From Vicugna vicugna (lineage: Eukaryota), in the NCBI GenBank assembly GCA_013265495.1, contig MU058781.1, positions 352,963-416,962 of the forward strand: a stretch of 64,000 nucleotides of DNA, written 5' to 3'. Under the pieces are notes generated by a model. The model did no database searches. It saw only the letters and a list, made by a program, of their open reading frames with translations, and was not told the origin of the DNA. Made by a program: the position numbers and the translations under genes. The first letter of the stretch is position 1. The number at the start of each line of letters is the position of its first letter. This document shows, in pieces, positions 24,126-37,582 of this stretch.

Positions 24126-27100
24126 CAAGTCAAGCAATTTAGCTGAAATTACTTTAACTGCTTTGTTCTAGATCAGATTATAAACCCACAAATATTATAT
24201 AATATAGAGTCTATGTCCTCATAGAAGATTTTATCATTGAATTTTCAGCACAATACTTTATATATTTTTCTTTATAAATATCATTAAAGATTCAGTAATA
24301 AGAAGCCATTTATATATAATTTTGGATACTTCTACACCATTCATTAGTTCTACTCTTTCATGTCATCAGTAAAGATTTATTGAGCACTTCCTGTTTGCTA
24401 GGCACTACCCCCAAAATAACTCTTTCCTTACCTCTAGATATAAATGACATTTATTTTACGGAAGTTAAGTAGGCTCAGAAGGCCCCAAAGAATGCTTTAT
24501 CCCAGTAATAACTTGGAACAATATTTCACAAATGCTTACATGATTTTGTAAATAGTATTTAAAGTAGGCTATCATGGAAAAAACCTAGAATAAGTCAACA
24601 GACCAATTTGAGTGTGTGTGCGTGTTCTGGTTCCGCCACCAGCTAAAGGTGCAAGCTTTAACAAGTCATTTGAGAACCTAGCTCTCAGCATCTTTAAATA
24701 CAAAATTTGGGATTGTGCTAATTGAACTCTAAAATCTCTTCCACCTAGACCTATAATTCTAATGCAAAAAATCCTAACCTGAGAATCCAGGTAGTATCAG
24801 TGAGATCGTGTTCAGTGGTTCAGTGTTTCCTCCTCTCTTTGGAAAAGAAAACAAAACTATTCTATTACCTTGAGATGTTGAGAATAATTTAAAAGACCTT
24901 GGTCAAGTTCAGAAGAGTAATCCTGAGATCTTTGTTGTTACAAATTGCATTATATTGAGATGGTAAATATTCCAATTGTTTTAAACATGGTCGATCAAGA
25001 TCATAGGATGGCCTCATGATGTGAATGATGACCACTTGGAATCAGGCAATGTGGCAGTCCTGCAAACAAGACCGTGTAGAACCATCAGGGTAAAACCTTA
25101 AGTCACAGGCTCAGGCTGCAGCTCTCCCAAACGAGGCAAATTGCTTAAACATCTTCTAAATAAGCATGTTAATAACACCTGCCTGACTTGTTGAGTATAT
25201 TGTCATATATTTGTTGTCAGGCTTAAATGGGATAGCGTACGTAAAAGCTGTTAATGAATGATAATATCTTATTTACATGTTGGTGTCCAGGACATTTTCA
25301 TTTTCCCTTCAAAATCTTAAATTCAGGTTAAAAAATTGTCTGCAGTGGCAGTAGACCCTCCGATTCAGACTAATTATAGAGATTTGTTGGAACTGGTAAC
25401 CCAAGTTACTAAATTAATTTAAAACACAGTTGATTATTTCTGAGTGCGTCTAGTACTCGAAATAAGGGCTAGCAAATTGTTTTCAAGTAGAGCTCCTCTG
25501 GGACCACTTAAATAAATAGTTAAGACTCATTTGAAATTAGCATCCCTCATTTGCATACAAACAAAATAATGTGTTAAAGCCTTTAAAAACTGTTCAGTGG
25601 TATGAATTTAAATTCTGGGCCCTAAGGAACAGTACGTACACCTGTAATTCATGGAGCCTAGCTGTTTACCTGTAGCTCGGAGCCACAAACTCATTTCTTT
25701 AAGTAGCAAACTGGTCCAGGAAAATGTATCTTCCAGGCTTTTAGAACCCAAAGCACTTTATCTCCGTTTCTTGGTGTCTTGGGTCTCAGTTTCAGACTTT
25801 TCCCCTGATTTGCTATCATTGTATATATGGTAAGGGTGGAGTCTGGGGGCCTCGACAAAAGAAGATTCTCAATACAGATGAGATGCTGGTGGAAGCAGCT
25901 GGCCCTCCCCCCCACCCAGCCCCAACAGTCTCCTCCAGCCCCCCACCCCCATACTCCTCACTGACTTGGGAGGTTTCTGAGACCCTACTGGTTATCATAT
26001 CCCACGCTCCTGGGGACTGAGAATTAGTTGTTGAAACTGGGATTTGGAGTGGAATCTGGCATCTAGCTAGCAGCTCTCTCATCCACTCAATTCATTCCTA
26101 TTCACTGAACCTAGATTATTGCTATTAGTCGTGCAATGTTATTTAAGCACTTTTACTGAACTCAAGACTGACAGCTACTGAGGAATGTTTAATGAAGTGT
26201 GCTAAAGGCTACAACAGGATTAATGACAGGTTACCATGGTAACAAAAAAGGACCTCTTAATTTGATACAGGCAAATTCAAAAATATTACCTGGAGGAGGT
26301 TATGGTAAGATCTAGGCAAATATTTAAAAGACATTTAAGAGTTATTTGGGTAAATGCAATGGTGCAAGGGATTTTTCCAGTACATGCAGAAACTTGCCTT
26401 AGAGAAATTATGACTCTAAGTACTCAGTGATGTTAGACCCCCTCCCATTTTTACATAAAAATCATTGTAAAGACAGAAAAGCTTTCATTTTGGGGTATGA
26501 GTACACTTTCTTGGGATGTATACAAAATTATTACTCATCCCACTCCATTTTTGCATATAGTCAAAGAGAAATACTGCTAGAAAGTTTTAAAAGGAGCAGT
26601 TCTTAATGAGGCAACATTATCTCCCGGGAGTTTTAGTCCTTCTAATTAAAATATTGACCAAGTGAGAATTTCAAGATAGCAGGTGTTCTGGTCTCAGTAT
26701 GTGAAAATGATTACAGGTTATTTGTTGTTTGTTTCTTCATCCAATGATCTGGTGTCCCAGGGACATGGACAGTGGTTTCAAAGGTCTTGTGCTGATCCAC
26801 AATGTTGAACTAAGACCTGATACTTTTGCTAGGAATTATCTGCATTAATCACGTCTCCAGTAGAAGATCTGTGAAACATTGAATCAACCACCATGGATCT
26901 TCAACAAAACCAAGGAAAAAAATATATGCGGAGTGTGTGGTGAATAATATGTTTAGATAGATATTTTTCCCTCAATAAAGAAAAATAATTTAGAGTAATG
27001 AAAATTCAGAAAAAAGACCAGTATTTTAAAGTCTCAAAGAGCAAGCAAATATGAAAAGGATTCACTGTAGCAACCTGATAAAACTTGTGAAGTTATTTTC

Positions 27101-27358
27101 AACAGATATCACAATTCCTAAAAAAACTCACTAAAGAGATAAAGAAGAGAGTAAGATATACAAAGGAGTGGACAATGGGCTCACACGGGAAGAGCTCTAA
27201 ATGGACGTACTGAAAGGGAATCAAAATTGCAATAGAACTAAAACATGTACCAGGGGTAGCAAGGAAAAGAAATGACTGGGGAGAAGCAAATATTATTAGA
27301 ATGCAAATCTAAGAAAATCTCCTTAATTAAAAAAAGAAGGCAAATATTAAAGTGATGA

Positions 27359-27841
27359 CATAATAGGGAAGAACAAATCTGACTCCATAACAGATCTGTT
27401 TCTTTTACTCTTAAGCTTCCTATTTTGAGTTAAGAATGTGGCTTATAGCCTGAAATATACAGGATAGCCCATTCTCAAGGTTTTGACCTTTAAGGGGATA
27501 ACACGTTTCCATTCAAACAGATAAAAAGTTGCAGAATAGAAAATAACATTTGTCTTGTTGGAGATTTGCCGGGACATCATAACCTGACTTACGTGGACAG
27601 CAGCAAGAACAAAGGATTCCGAAACCAAGAAGGTAGCAGCAATCACCCATGCCCCCTCCCCTCTTAGTACAAAAGAAGCCTTAATTCTGACTTGGGTAAG
27701 ATGGTTCTCTAGGACATTAGTCCTCCATTTTCTCAGTCTGCTGGATTTCCAAATAAAGTCATCATTCCTTGCCCCAACAGCTCATCTCCCGGTTTACTGG
27801 CCTGTAATGTGGCAATCAGAATGAGTTTGGACTTAGTAACA
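27359..27841 (+). mobile_element. Solo ERV1 LTR, MER41-like
   Basis: Starts 'cataatagggaagaacaaatctgactccat', has AATAAA at about 27752, ends 'gagtttggacttagtaaca'; 4-bp TSD atga at 27355-27358 and 27842-27845. Confidence 0.8.
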
Positions 27842-29299
27842 ATGAGATAAAGTATATCAGTTTTGCAAGACACACACCCACCTAAGAAATAGGGAATAAA
27901 AAAGATTAACAGGGCTAAAAATAATAACTGCAGATAAAAATGGAAAGATTCACAATGTTTATTTACATAAATGGGGCAGATAATGTGTCAAGCAAATGCT
28001 GAATCATGAGATTAAAAAGCAAATTCTAAAGTTTTTAATTTAGGAAAAAGAAAACAAACAAAAAAGCTTCCTCTATATAAAAACAACAAAGATTTGGGAA
28101 TTATAATTCTTTTGTACAACTTTGAATGCTAAAAAATAAAAAGGAATTATTTCAGAATTTTGAGGAAAAGAGACAATGCTCTAACAATTTTAAGCCCAGA
28201 GATGATTTATTTCATGTTTTTAAAAAATGCCATAAAGAAATACTTTAGCACATATGGAGCCAGAAAATATGCCACACACATATTATTTTGAAAATAAAAA
28301 ATGTAATTTGAACAAAGATATCAGCAAATCAAGAGATAAATAGAATTTAGATTCTCCAAAATTCTAGGGATTCCTAAAGGACCAGCAGAAAGCACTAGTG
28401 TAATTAAAATGTAACCTTAATCATCACAAGTAGAAACGTCTAAAATAAATTTCAAGGAGAAGATACATGATATTAAATAAGTTATTCATAGTAATTCATA
28501 TTCTGTTAACAAAGATAAGGTAGAGGATAGGATAATAACTGAAGTGAAATATACTAAATTTAATTTCTATAATAACATTAAGGGAAAATCATAAATTTAA
28601 ACAATGTAAAGCCAAGAATATTAGAAAACATAAGAAGTTAAGACAATCACATATCTACTTGAGGCTTCAAGAAATCAAGTAGACAATGAAATAAAGTAGT
28701 TTGGAATATCATTTTATATATATATATATAATCTATATTTAAATCTATCTATCCATCTATGGATCTACCTATCTGCGTCTATCTTCTATCTACTTTTAGT
28801 TATAACTCTTATTTAATAATTAGTATCATATCCTGTAGAAAGTATTTGATAAATAAATAAATATTTTATCTAGTAGGAAATAACCATTTTTAAAGACAAT
28901 ACTATACTAAAAGAGAAATAAAATCTCTAAGTTATGAAAGAAGAAAATGTATGAGCTATAGTGTCTGACAGAAATTCATCAAAATTATAATCACTATTTG
29001 CAACTAAATTTCAAAATGCTATCTATGAATGTTAATAAGACCAAAGATACATTTAGAGGAAAATTTAGAGCTTTATTTTGTGTAATGAAATGTAGTGTAA
29101 TGAGAAAATTAGAAAAAGAACCACAAAACCAGCTATGAGCTGTAATAATAAAAAAAATACTGATTGATGAGATAGAAAACATACATATGTAGAAGTAATA
29201 CATGTAAGAGAAAATACTTTGAAAGAAATTGTTGTAATGGACTATCTTATAAATGCCATTAAAAAGAAGGGAATAAACAAGTTCAAAATAAGTAACAAA

Positions 29300-29491
29300 A
29301 ATATATATAGAATAAATAAACAAATTTATACTGTATAGCACAGGGAAATATATTCAAGATCTTATAATAGCTCATGGTGAAAAAGAATATGAAAATGAAT
29401 ATTTGTATATTCATGTATGACTGAAAAATTGTGCTGTACACCAGAAATTGACGCAACATTGTAAACTGACTATTGCACAATTAAAAAAAAA
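29300..29491 (+). mobile_element. Young L1 3' end
   Basis: 'tatagcacagggaaatatattcaagatctt...gctgtacaccagaaattgacgcaacattgtaaactgacta' plus poly-A. Confidence 0.85.
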
Positions 29492-31499
29492 GTTAAACAT
29501 TAAAAAATTGCCCACATTGCTTTACATCTTTTTTTTTTATATGGCTGAATCTCTCTACTGGTATATAATTATAAATGGAATTTCTGGGTCACAGGCTATG
29601 ACCTAAAACAAACAAACTAACCTAAAATGATTGAAGTCAATCTAGTGACCATCAGTGGCAAGGAGGGAGAGTAATGACCACCATGGGCACGAAGGGACCG
29701 GATGAAGTGCAGACAGTATTCGATTCTGTGACCTGGTGGTGACTTCATACTTAGGTACAGCTTAGATAGCTCATTGGTCTACTTATTTAATATGTATGCT
29801 TTTGTTCATATGTACATTATGCTTCAATTCAAAATTATAAGAAAAAGGAAAGAAAGTATACCAGACAGAGAATATAGAAAATTTTTCTAAAGAATATTAT
29901 ATCCATTATTATGTTAGTAAATTTGAAATCTTAGTGGCATAGATACTTCGGAAAATGTAACAGTAAAATTGACATTAAAAGTTCAATATCTTAACAGATA
30001 AAACAATGAATAAATTATCACAAATAATTTTATCCATAATTTCTTCAAAACAATGAACTATGTTTATTAAATATTTTAGAGAATTATACAGAACTGAATG
30101 CTGCCTAATTCAGAGTTCATAGTTATGTAAACCTGAAACTTATTGTAAAAAAAAAAGCCAGTGTTCCAGAAAGATTGCCGAAGTAAACGTCCTAATAAAA
30201 TACTACCAAATAAGTTATACTGTACTCAGAAACCACAGTAAACTGAGGACAAGGTGTAAAGTTTTTATTCAATGCAACTATCATATTAAAGGCAAAATAA
30301 AAGTATTTCCCATTAATAGGAATGTAGAAACGTCTGTATTAATATTCTGTATCTATGTTAATGACAAGCAGAATATGAGCCCCTCCTATCATATGTCATT
30401 CCCCTGGAGATCCTAGCCAGTGAAACAAACAAAGAATAAAAGAAATAAAAGTACAATGACTGGAAAGTAAAATGAAAAATTTTTATTTTTTGACAGATAT
30501 TTCTACAAAGGGAATCCAAAAAAAAATCAGTAAGTAGAGAGTCAGAATGAGTTCATCAAGATGGCTAGACAGAAGCTCAACCTACAAAAGGAATAGCATT
30601 AAGAAAGGGCAACGAATGGATATGCTTTTAGTGTGTCACTGGTTTGGGGCCACTAATGGAACCAGACTGAACAGCGCCAACATAGAACCTTCCTTGATTT
30701 GTTGTTATTTGGAGGGATTTGGAAAAGGGTCAAAAATTTACTCTTAACAGGTACAGCTAAGAAAATTTAAATAAATTTATTTTTTAAAATGATTGGTTTA
30801 TAAAATTCTACTTCACTCTTAAGAATTATTTTTGGAAAGTGGCACTAAAATTTCATTCCATATTCTCTTCCTTTCTAGAACTCAATAACTGTTTGTAACT
30901 GTAACGCTCACTTCACACAGCTGGAGAAAAGTTTACACTGTGGTCAGCTGAGCACCATGACTGCCTTCAGAGCAGTAAACAGCAGTTCGTTTTTGGATGC
31001 CTCTTTGATCTATTTTAGAGCCTGAACTAATGACTCATGCAGATCTGGCCTTTCTCATTTAGCAATGGTCCTTCAAATATCTCTGATTTTCTGTGATTAA
31101 AATCATCAAAGGCTGTTGTCTGCAATATTCGAAAGTGCAGAAATATCAACTCTTGGAAAACCAAGTGCATTTAATGTGGCGTGTTCTTAAAATGCCCTAG
31201 TAATGACTTTCAAAGATACTTTCCTGATGTATAACTTTTGTTATCAGTAAACAAGGACTAAACACTGAAAATACCAAGATGATCACATGCTGTCCAAACA
31301 AGCAGATGTTGCTCTATTTTCAAGGCTGTATTCATTTATAAGATAAAATTGAAGGTCAGTGTTAGTAGCTTTCACTTGTAAGTACATGGTCTTTATAAAA
31401 TCTTCATGACCACTCAAGTTGTACAATATAGATTTGATACATATTAGGCAAAACCTCTAAATGAAATTTACTGGCACACCATTTATAATTTAAAAATTA

Positions 31500-32143
31500 T
31501 AATTATAAACTATTTTAATGTGTAGAAAGTGTTGATCTGATATACTTATATACTGCAATGATTACCACTGCAGTGGTAACCTCTATTATGTCCTGCAATT
31601 ATCTGGTTTTTTTGTGGTGGGAACAGTTAAGATCTAGTGTCTTAGCAACTCTGAAGTTTATAACACAGCCCTGTTGTCTGTAATCACTAGGCTGTACATT
31701 AGCTCTCCAGGGCTTACTTATCTCATGGTTGCAAGTTTGTACCCTTTATCAGCATCTCCCCAGTTCCCCCACCTCCTAGTCTCTTGTAGGTACCATTCTA
31801 CTCTCTGTTTTTGTAAGTTAGGCTCTTTTAGATTCCACATATAAATGAAACCATACAGTGTTTGTCTTACTCTCTCTGATTTTATCTCACTAAGCATAAT
31901 GACTTCAAGGTCCACTCATGTTGTCAAAAATGGCAGGATTTCATTCTTTTTCACAGCTGCATAATGTTCCGTTGTATATGTACACCATGTCTTTATCCAT
32001 TCATCTGTTGCTGGACACTTAGGTTGTATTCATACCTTGGCTGTTGTGAATAATGCTGCTATAAACATGGTGCTGCTTTTATCTCTTCACTCTCCTGCTT
32101 TCATTTCCTTTGAATATATACCCAGAAGTGGAGTTGCTGGATA
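31500..32143 (-). mobile_element. L1MA9-like 3' end
   Basis: 'aagatctagtgtcttagcaact', 'ggctgtacattagctctccag', 'tttagattccacatataaatga', 'cccagaagtggagttgctggat'. Confidence 0.85.
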
Positions 32144-33394
32144 ATAATTCTTAAGAAGGATATCCTTCTTAACATTTCATTCATTCACCCACATTTCTTG
32201 ACACACAAGTATATAATCCTGAAAGTACTATATTTATACTCGTTCTGAACTTAAACTACAATATCTTAGGATATTTCAAAATGACACATACCTATGAATG
32301 ATTTACTTACTATGTTATCAATCTTGTATAAAGTGAACTATCTATATGAGAGAATTTTCCAGACTGTGGAATGACTACTATCTACAACAATACATCGAGT
32401 TTCCTGTTTCACATGCATGCTTTCAACTACTTCCTTGATACACAAAGACCCTTTCTTCCTTGGTAACCTCTTTGCAGCCGTTCAGTGAATGCAGACATAG
32501 AGTCTTACTGGTGAGATTTAGTCCATAGGACTAAAATAATGTAGTGTCCACTTTTGAAGAAGTAACCTAAGATAAAACTATTTTTTTACTTTAAAAGTAG
32601 CAATAATGTTAATTATTTTAAAAGAAATTCAGATGTAAAATAGATTAATAATACAGTTAGGCTTTATATTAAAGATGAGACAAATTTTTTAATGAATATA
32701 TTCACAAACAAATAGTCTCAGACTAATCGTCTATTAATTCCAAAACTGCTTAGAATGCAGCTTTCAAAAATCATCCTTTAATTTCCTCTTAACGTCGAAC
32801 AATTTTTAGAATTGTTACTGGCTGTAGGAGTTCAGGTCAAATAGGTTTCTACATTCTCTGCAAGAGAGAACATATTTAACAAGTTTTGGCTTTGAGAGCC
32901 AATGAGAAGGATGACACTAAGTGACTTCCAAGACTTAGAATATCAATGCGCTATTCCTCGGACTCCTTGCCTTCCTGTGCTGTGCTGTGCTCCTAACTGG
33001 CTTAGGAAGAAAAAAAGTAAAAAACAAAAGATGTGTCTGTGTGGGTTGAAGGAACAAGAGGGGCTCCCTCTCTATGGGTTTGTTTAACCCTCTTATAGAC
33101 GTATGATCTCCAGTCCTGGGTGATTCCTCAACTGACGTACTGACTGTTTAAAAAAATACATACTTATCTTTATTGTGTGACTAACAAGTGAAATACACAA
33201 TTGCTGCCTAATTCTTTTAAACAGAGAAGAATGAACCCAAATCCCACCTCCAGTTATAACGAATCTGTTTTGCTGTGCAGCTAGAATAAAAAGTCTCTAC
33301 TATTGTCTGCCTGACATCATTTATCCTTTTCCTGGTAATGGTGCACTCTTCTTTTTAGAGAAATTGACCCGATATATCAAGGTATTGGTCTTCA

Positions 33395-35510
33395 TAATCC
33401 ACTCATTTGTTGGTGGACACAGGTGGCTTCCGTAACTTGGCAGTTGTAAATAATGCTAAGAACATTGGGGTGCACGTAGCTTTTCAATTAGTGTCTTTGT
33501 TTCTTTCTGATGTATAACCAGGGGTGGAATTGCTGGGTCGTCTGGTAGTTCTGTTTTTAATTTGGGGGGAAACCTACATACTTTTTTAGTAGCTGCTCTT
33601 AAGTTTTTGTTACAACATCTGGTTTATCTTGGGTTGGCCTCAAATGATGTTCTTATCTCTTTGGAATATGTTCGGTTTCCTTAGTTCTTCACGTGTTGGG
33701 TGACTGTGGCTTGCATCATACACATTAATACTAAGTAAAGAGAATACTAGATTCAGTTATTTTCCTGTGATAAGCTGTTTTTTTTTTCCTTCTGTCTTAG
33801 CAAGGAGTTTTTATGTCCGAGATTAAACCGCTTTAGGGACCCTTCCTCTGACTCTTTCCCCGTCAGGATTCCTCATGCTTTTCAGCATTCACATTTCCAG
33901 GCTTCTCTTTTCTTGTTCACCAGACGAGCAAGAATAGATACGTGTGTTCCTGCCGCTCCCGTGTGTTCTGTGTTCTTGGCCTCAGGGAAAAAGTGCAAAT
34001 AGAGAAACTAGGTTCTTCATCAGCCCATTTCCAAGCGAGTTTCCACTCCACCAAAATCTGCCTGCTTATGTTAAGCATTCAGGAGAGAAACCTTCAGAAT
34101 AGCAACAGCGATCACAGTTTGATTTTTTTTTCTTTGTTTAAGCTGCTGTGATTCTGTCCCACGCATAGTTCAGATATGAGTCAGTGACGGGAGTCAGAGT
34201 TTGGGGATGCTGGTGTTTTCCCCACACTCTTCAGTGTGCACAGTGTCCAGGTGTCATGGGTTGGTTCCCCAGCCAGAAAGATCTGGGGATTTCTCATTTT
34301 CTCATGCACATTTCCTGCCACCGCTGTTTGCCTGAAGGACTAAACCTAGATCCTCAAAGACGGTAATTATTTGTGCAACTTTCTGTCTTCCTCCTCCTAG
34401 AAAGCATGGATTTTCTGCTGGAATATACCTGCTTTCTTCACTCTCTGTTACCTTGAAGTAGCTTCCTTTTGTCCAGGATTTATAGTTATTGTCTGCAAGG
34501 GGGTTCGGCGGGCAGGGTTCACCCAGCAGGATCTAAGTCCAGCACGTGCAGACGTGAACAAATTCCAGTGGATCTGAATGGATTCTGCTTACTATTCAGT
34601 CTGAATTCTTTATTTCTTTTTCTTTTTACTATCATTTCTCTGATTATTAGGTTCTGTTTTGTCATTCTTTATTTCTAGTCTTATTATTTTGATCCTGGCC
34701 TAATCCATAGCTCTGCTTGTCTCTCACAAGATCTTTTTCTTAGTCTTTTGCACTACAATATGAGGATTTTCACAATTTTATTTTGCAATCCTTGAATTCA
34801 GGGGTTTTTTTTAATTTTGGTCCTTATTATTTTATTTTCAAAAAGAATTCTTGTCCTTTGAGTGTTTCTTCCTTTATAGCATCCTGTCTTTATGAATGAA
34901 ATGTCTTCTGGACTCTCCCTGATCATACCAATTAGGGCATTTAAAACTTTTCTTTATTGTTCTAAACTATCTTGTCTAACTTTGGGTTGGTTTTTCTATT
35001 TATTTTGGTCGCTCGATTTCTTGCTACAGGACAACTTCCTAGACTTTCCGTTCATGTTTTACACTGAGGCAGTGAAAGAGCTGGCTTGGATCTCTGGGAA
35101 CACGGGCAGCATGTGGCTGGTGGCTGGCTTTTATTCAGTATGTAGTTGGGGAGTCGGGGTGAACGTGCCCGCCGCCCACATCAGCTGCTGCAGTTCTGTT
35201 TCATTTGTTCAACAGCTCCAGGGAAGAGTCTTCTAATTTTTGCTCTGAGAGTAAATGTCCTTCTTGCATTCTGTACACCAGGCAGGTAAGCGGGTGGGGG
35301 TTCTAGTAGGACAGGGGGGTCTGTTTTCCTTAAGTAGACCTTTAATTACCTTCTGTTTCCATCCTTATTTCTCATGCTTGTTCATTTGTTCTTTCTATTG
35401 GTTTCAGGACTGGAGAGTCCAGGATTCTTGGCACATTAGCTCAGCTTTTGACACAGCCCTTTCTATGTTGCCATTCTGTTTCACTCATACTGTCTTCATC
35501 ACCTAGTAAT
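33395..35510 (-). mobile_element. Composite of old L1 fragments (3' piece, then ORF1/5' region pieces)
   Basis: 33395-33585 has L1 3' motifs 'ggtggaattgctgggtcgtctggtagttct'; the rest is T-rich antisense L1M-like sequence. Subfamily uncertain. Confidence 0.55.
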
Positions 35511-35609
35511 TTGCTACAATTTCTCTTGTGTTCATGGCCACCATTCTGATTGATTTTTTCTATTATTTTTATACAGTTTTTATTCCCTATTATTCTATTA
35601 TTTTCAAAG

Positions 35610-35717
35610 CCTTTTTTCTTTCTTCCCACTGCCTTTCCTTTTCCTCCCTCTGTCTCTTCCTCCCTCCTCTCTCTCTCTCCTTCCTTCCTTCCTCTCTTCT
35701 TCCTTCCTCCCTTCTTT
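35610..35717. repeat. Polypyrimidine (CT/CCTT) low-complexity tract
   Basis: 'tcttcctccctcctctctctctctccttccttccttcctctcttcttccttcctcccttcttt'. Confidence 0.85.
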
Positions 35718-35884
35718 GTGACATCAAGAGGAGGCAAGTCTCATTCTCAATTGGCCATTTTGAACCTTACTATTTGGGATGTTAAGTAATATATTTATTC
35801 CTTCAATAGTTTCTTCTATCAATGAACTGCTGAATAGAGCATCAATTAAATATAATAATTCTCATTAAAAAGGTTTTAAATCTA

Positions 35885-35997
35885 TTTTTTATTTTTTAAA
35901 CATTTTTTATTGAGTTATAGTCATTTTACAGTGTTGTGTCAAATTCCAGTGTAGAGCGTAATTTTTCAGTTACACATGAACATACATATATTCATTA
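35885..35997 (-). mobile_element. Young L1 3' end
   Basis: 'aaacattttttattgagttatagtcattttacagtgttgtgtcaaattccagtgtagagc'; 'taaatct' on both flanks as a likely TSD. Confidence 0.85.
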
Positions 35998-37582
35998 TAA
36001 ATCTGTTTTAATTAAAAACTTACATGTTTATTATGAATATTTAATTATTCAATTTTAATAGTATTTATTATATTTATGTATAAAGGTAGTTTATGATTAT
36101 TTCAGAGGATACGAAAAAATGACAGTATAATCACTAAAAAATCTTATCTTTAAAGACTAGTAGTGTGCACATAAATAAAGTGGCATAACATGCACTGGTG
36201 CTTTTGAAATTTTAACATAGCAATAAATACACAAGACTTTGTAAATCTTATCAATGTGCAATATAATTACAGGGAGAAAGGCGAATGTAACATGATGGGT
36301 TTATTTACAGATTCAGCAGAATAAATATCATCGCCCTGCAAAGAGGTGTATCAGAGAACAAAATAAGAGGGAGCCCACTGGAATTTGTGGGATTCTTTCT
36401 CTATAAATTATCTCTATGGAGTGTTTTTTTTCGTCTTTTTTCCTTTCTTTTTTACAAGCACATAATGTGTGCGTCCTTGTAAACAGATCAGACTCAAACC
36501 TTAAAGAAAATCTGAAACGTCGTTAATATTCATCTCCTATTGGGAAACCTCTAACTTTGAAAGTGTCAATACACAGAGAAAACTTTTGGATTTGCAAGTT
36601 ATTACAAATGTCTGTAATTTTTTGCTGAAGGAAAATCTTTAATCACAGATCTTTAATCACAGTGAATGTCTAATCAATTGGCAAAGTAACTAAAAGTACT
36701 GCATCTCAATTTTGTTAAGTTCATGATATTATTAATCTTGGTGTTGTTACTAGAATAAGATAATGACTAAAATTATCACTCTGTAAAGTAGACACTACAC
36801 TGTTATTTTAATAGAAACTTGCTGAGGTCAGAGCTGGGTCTAAAGCTAGGAGCTGCAACTCTATAGGATCATATGAGATGTAATTAAAAAATTCATTTCT
36901 TACCTTGCTATTTAATTTTTCGTATGTGTATACTTTATCTCTTTAATCAGACCAACGATGTCCTAATTGATAAATTAATTGTCCTTTTTCAGACATTTTC
37001 TACTTTCTGTAGCGTGCAGACTATCAACCAGGACTTCTTTCATGAAACATTTCTCTTGCTTCCATAGCGTTATTTACAGTGGGGACCCCCCTTAGCTCTG
37101 AACTCCTAAGGCTCTCTCTTTGATTCTTGCTTTGACCAGATCTCTCCCCACAATCCATCATTTGTCTTTTTTTCTCCTCATTTGTCAAATGACATTCATG
37201 TGATCCACTGACAGATTCAGTTGCCACTGGTACGTACATGGCTTGTGAATACGTGTTTCCAGCCTGACTCTACTTTGAGGAGAGTATTTTAAAATCTTGC
37301 TGTGCTTCCGAACACACGTCAAATTCAGCATAGCTCTAACTGAACTCGGTACTAATTCTTCTCTTTTTGTCTGCTATTTTGGACAATTGTGTTACCATTC
37401 ATTCCCACCTAGAGCAGGACTAATTGTGTTATCCATTAACTTCCTCCTAGCTGGCACCCTTACATTTAATAAACATTCAAGACCTGTTAGTTTTACGTCT
37501 GAAATGTTTCTTTCGTTGCCTCACTGCCCATTTCTGTGGTAACTCTTCTTGTTCAAGTCTCCTAGCTCTTTTCTCTAAATCC

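Larger units (their letters stand above)
26990..30600 (+). mobile_element. Highly decayed ancient L1 body (ORF1/ORF2 pieces) hosting younger insertions
   Basis: Strongly A-rich plus strand with L1 motifs 'aacaattttaagcccag', 'ttagaggaaaatttagagcttta', 'ggagatcctagccagtgaaac..aaagaataaaagaaataaaag', 'atgagttcatcaagatggctagacagaag'. Confidence 0.6.

Noticed and set aside
36904..37408. Minus-strand exon-like segment including ORF 37024..37239
   Set aside because: Stops in all frames across the AG...GT interval; composition suggests a decayed L2.
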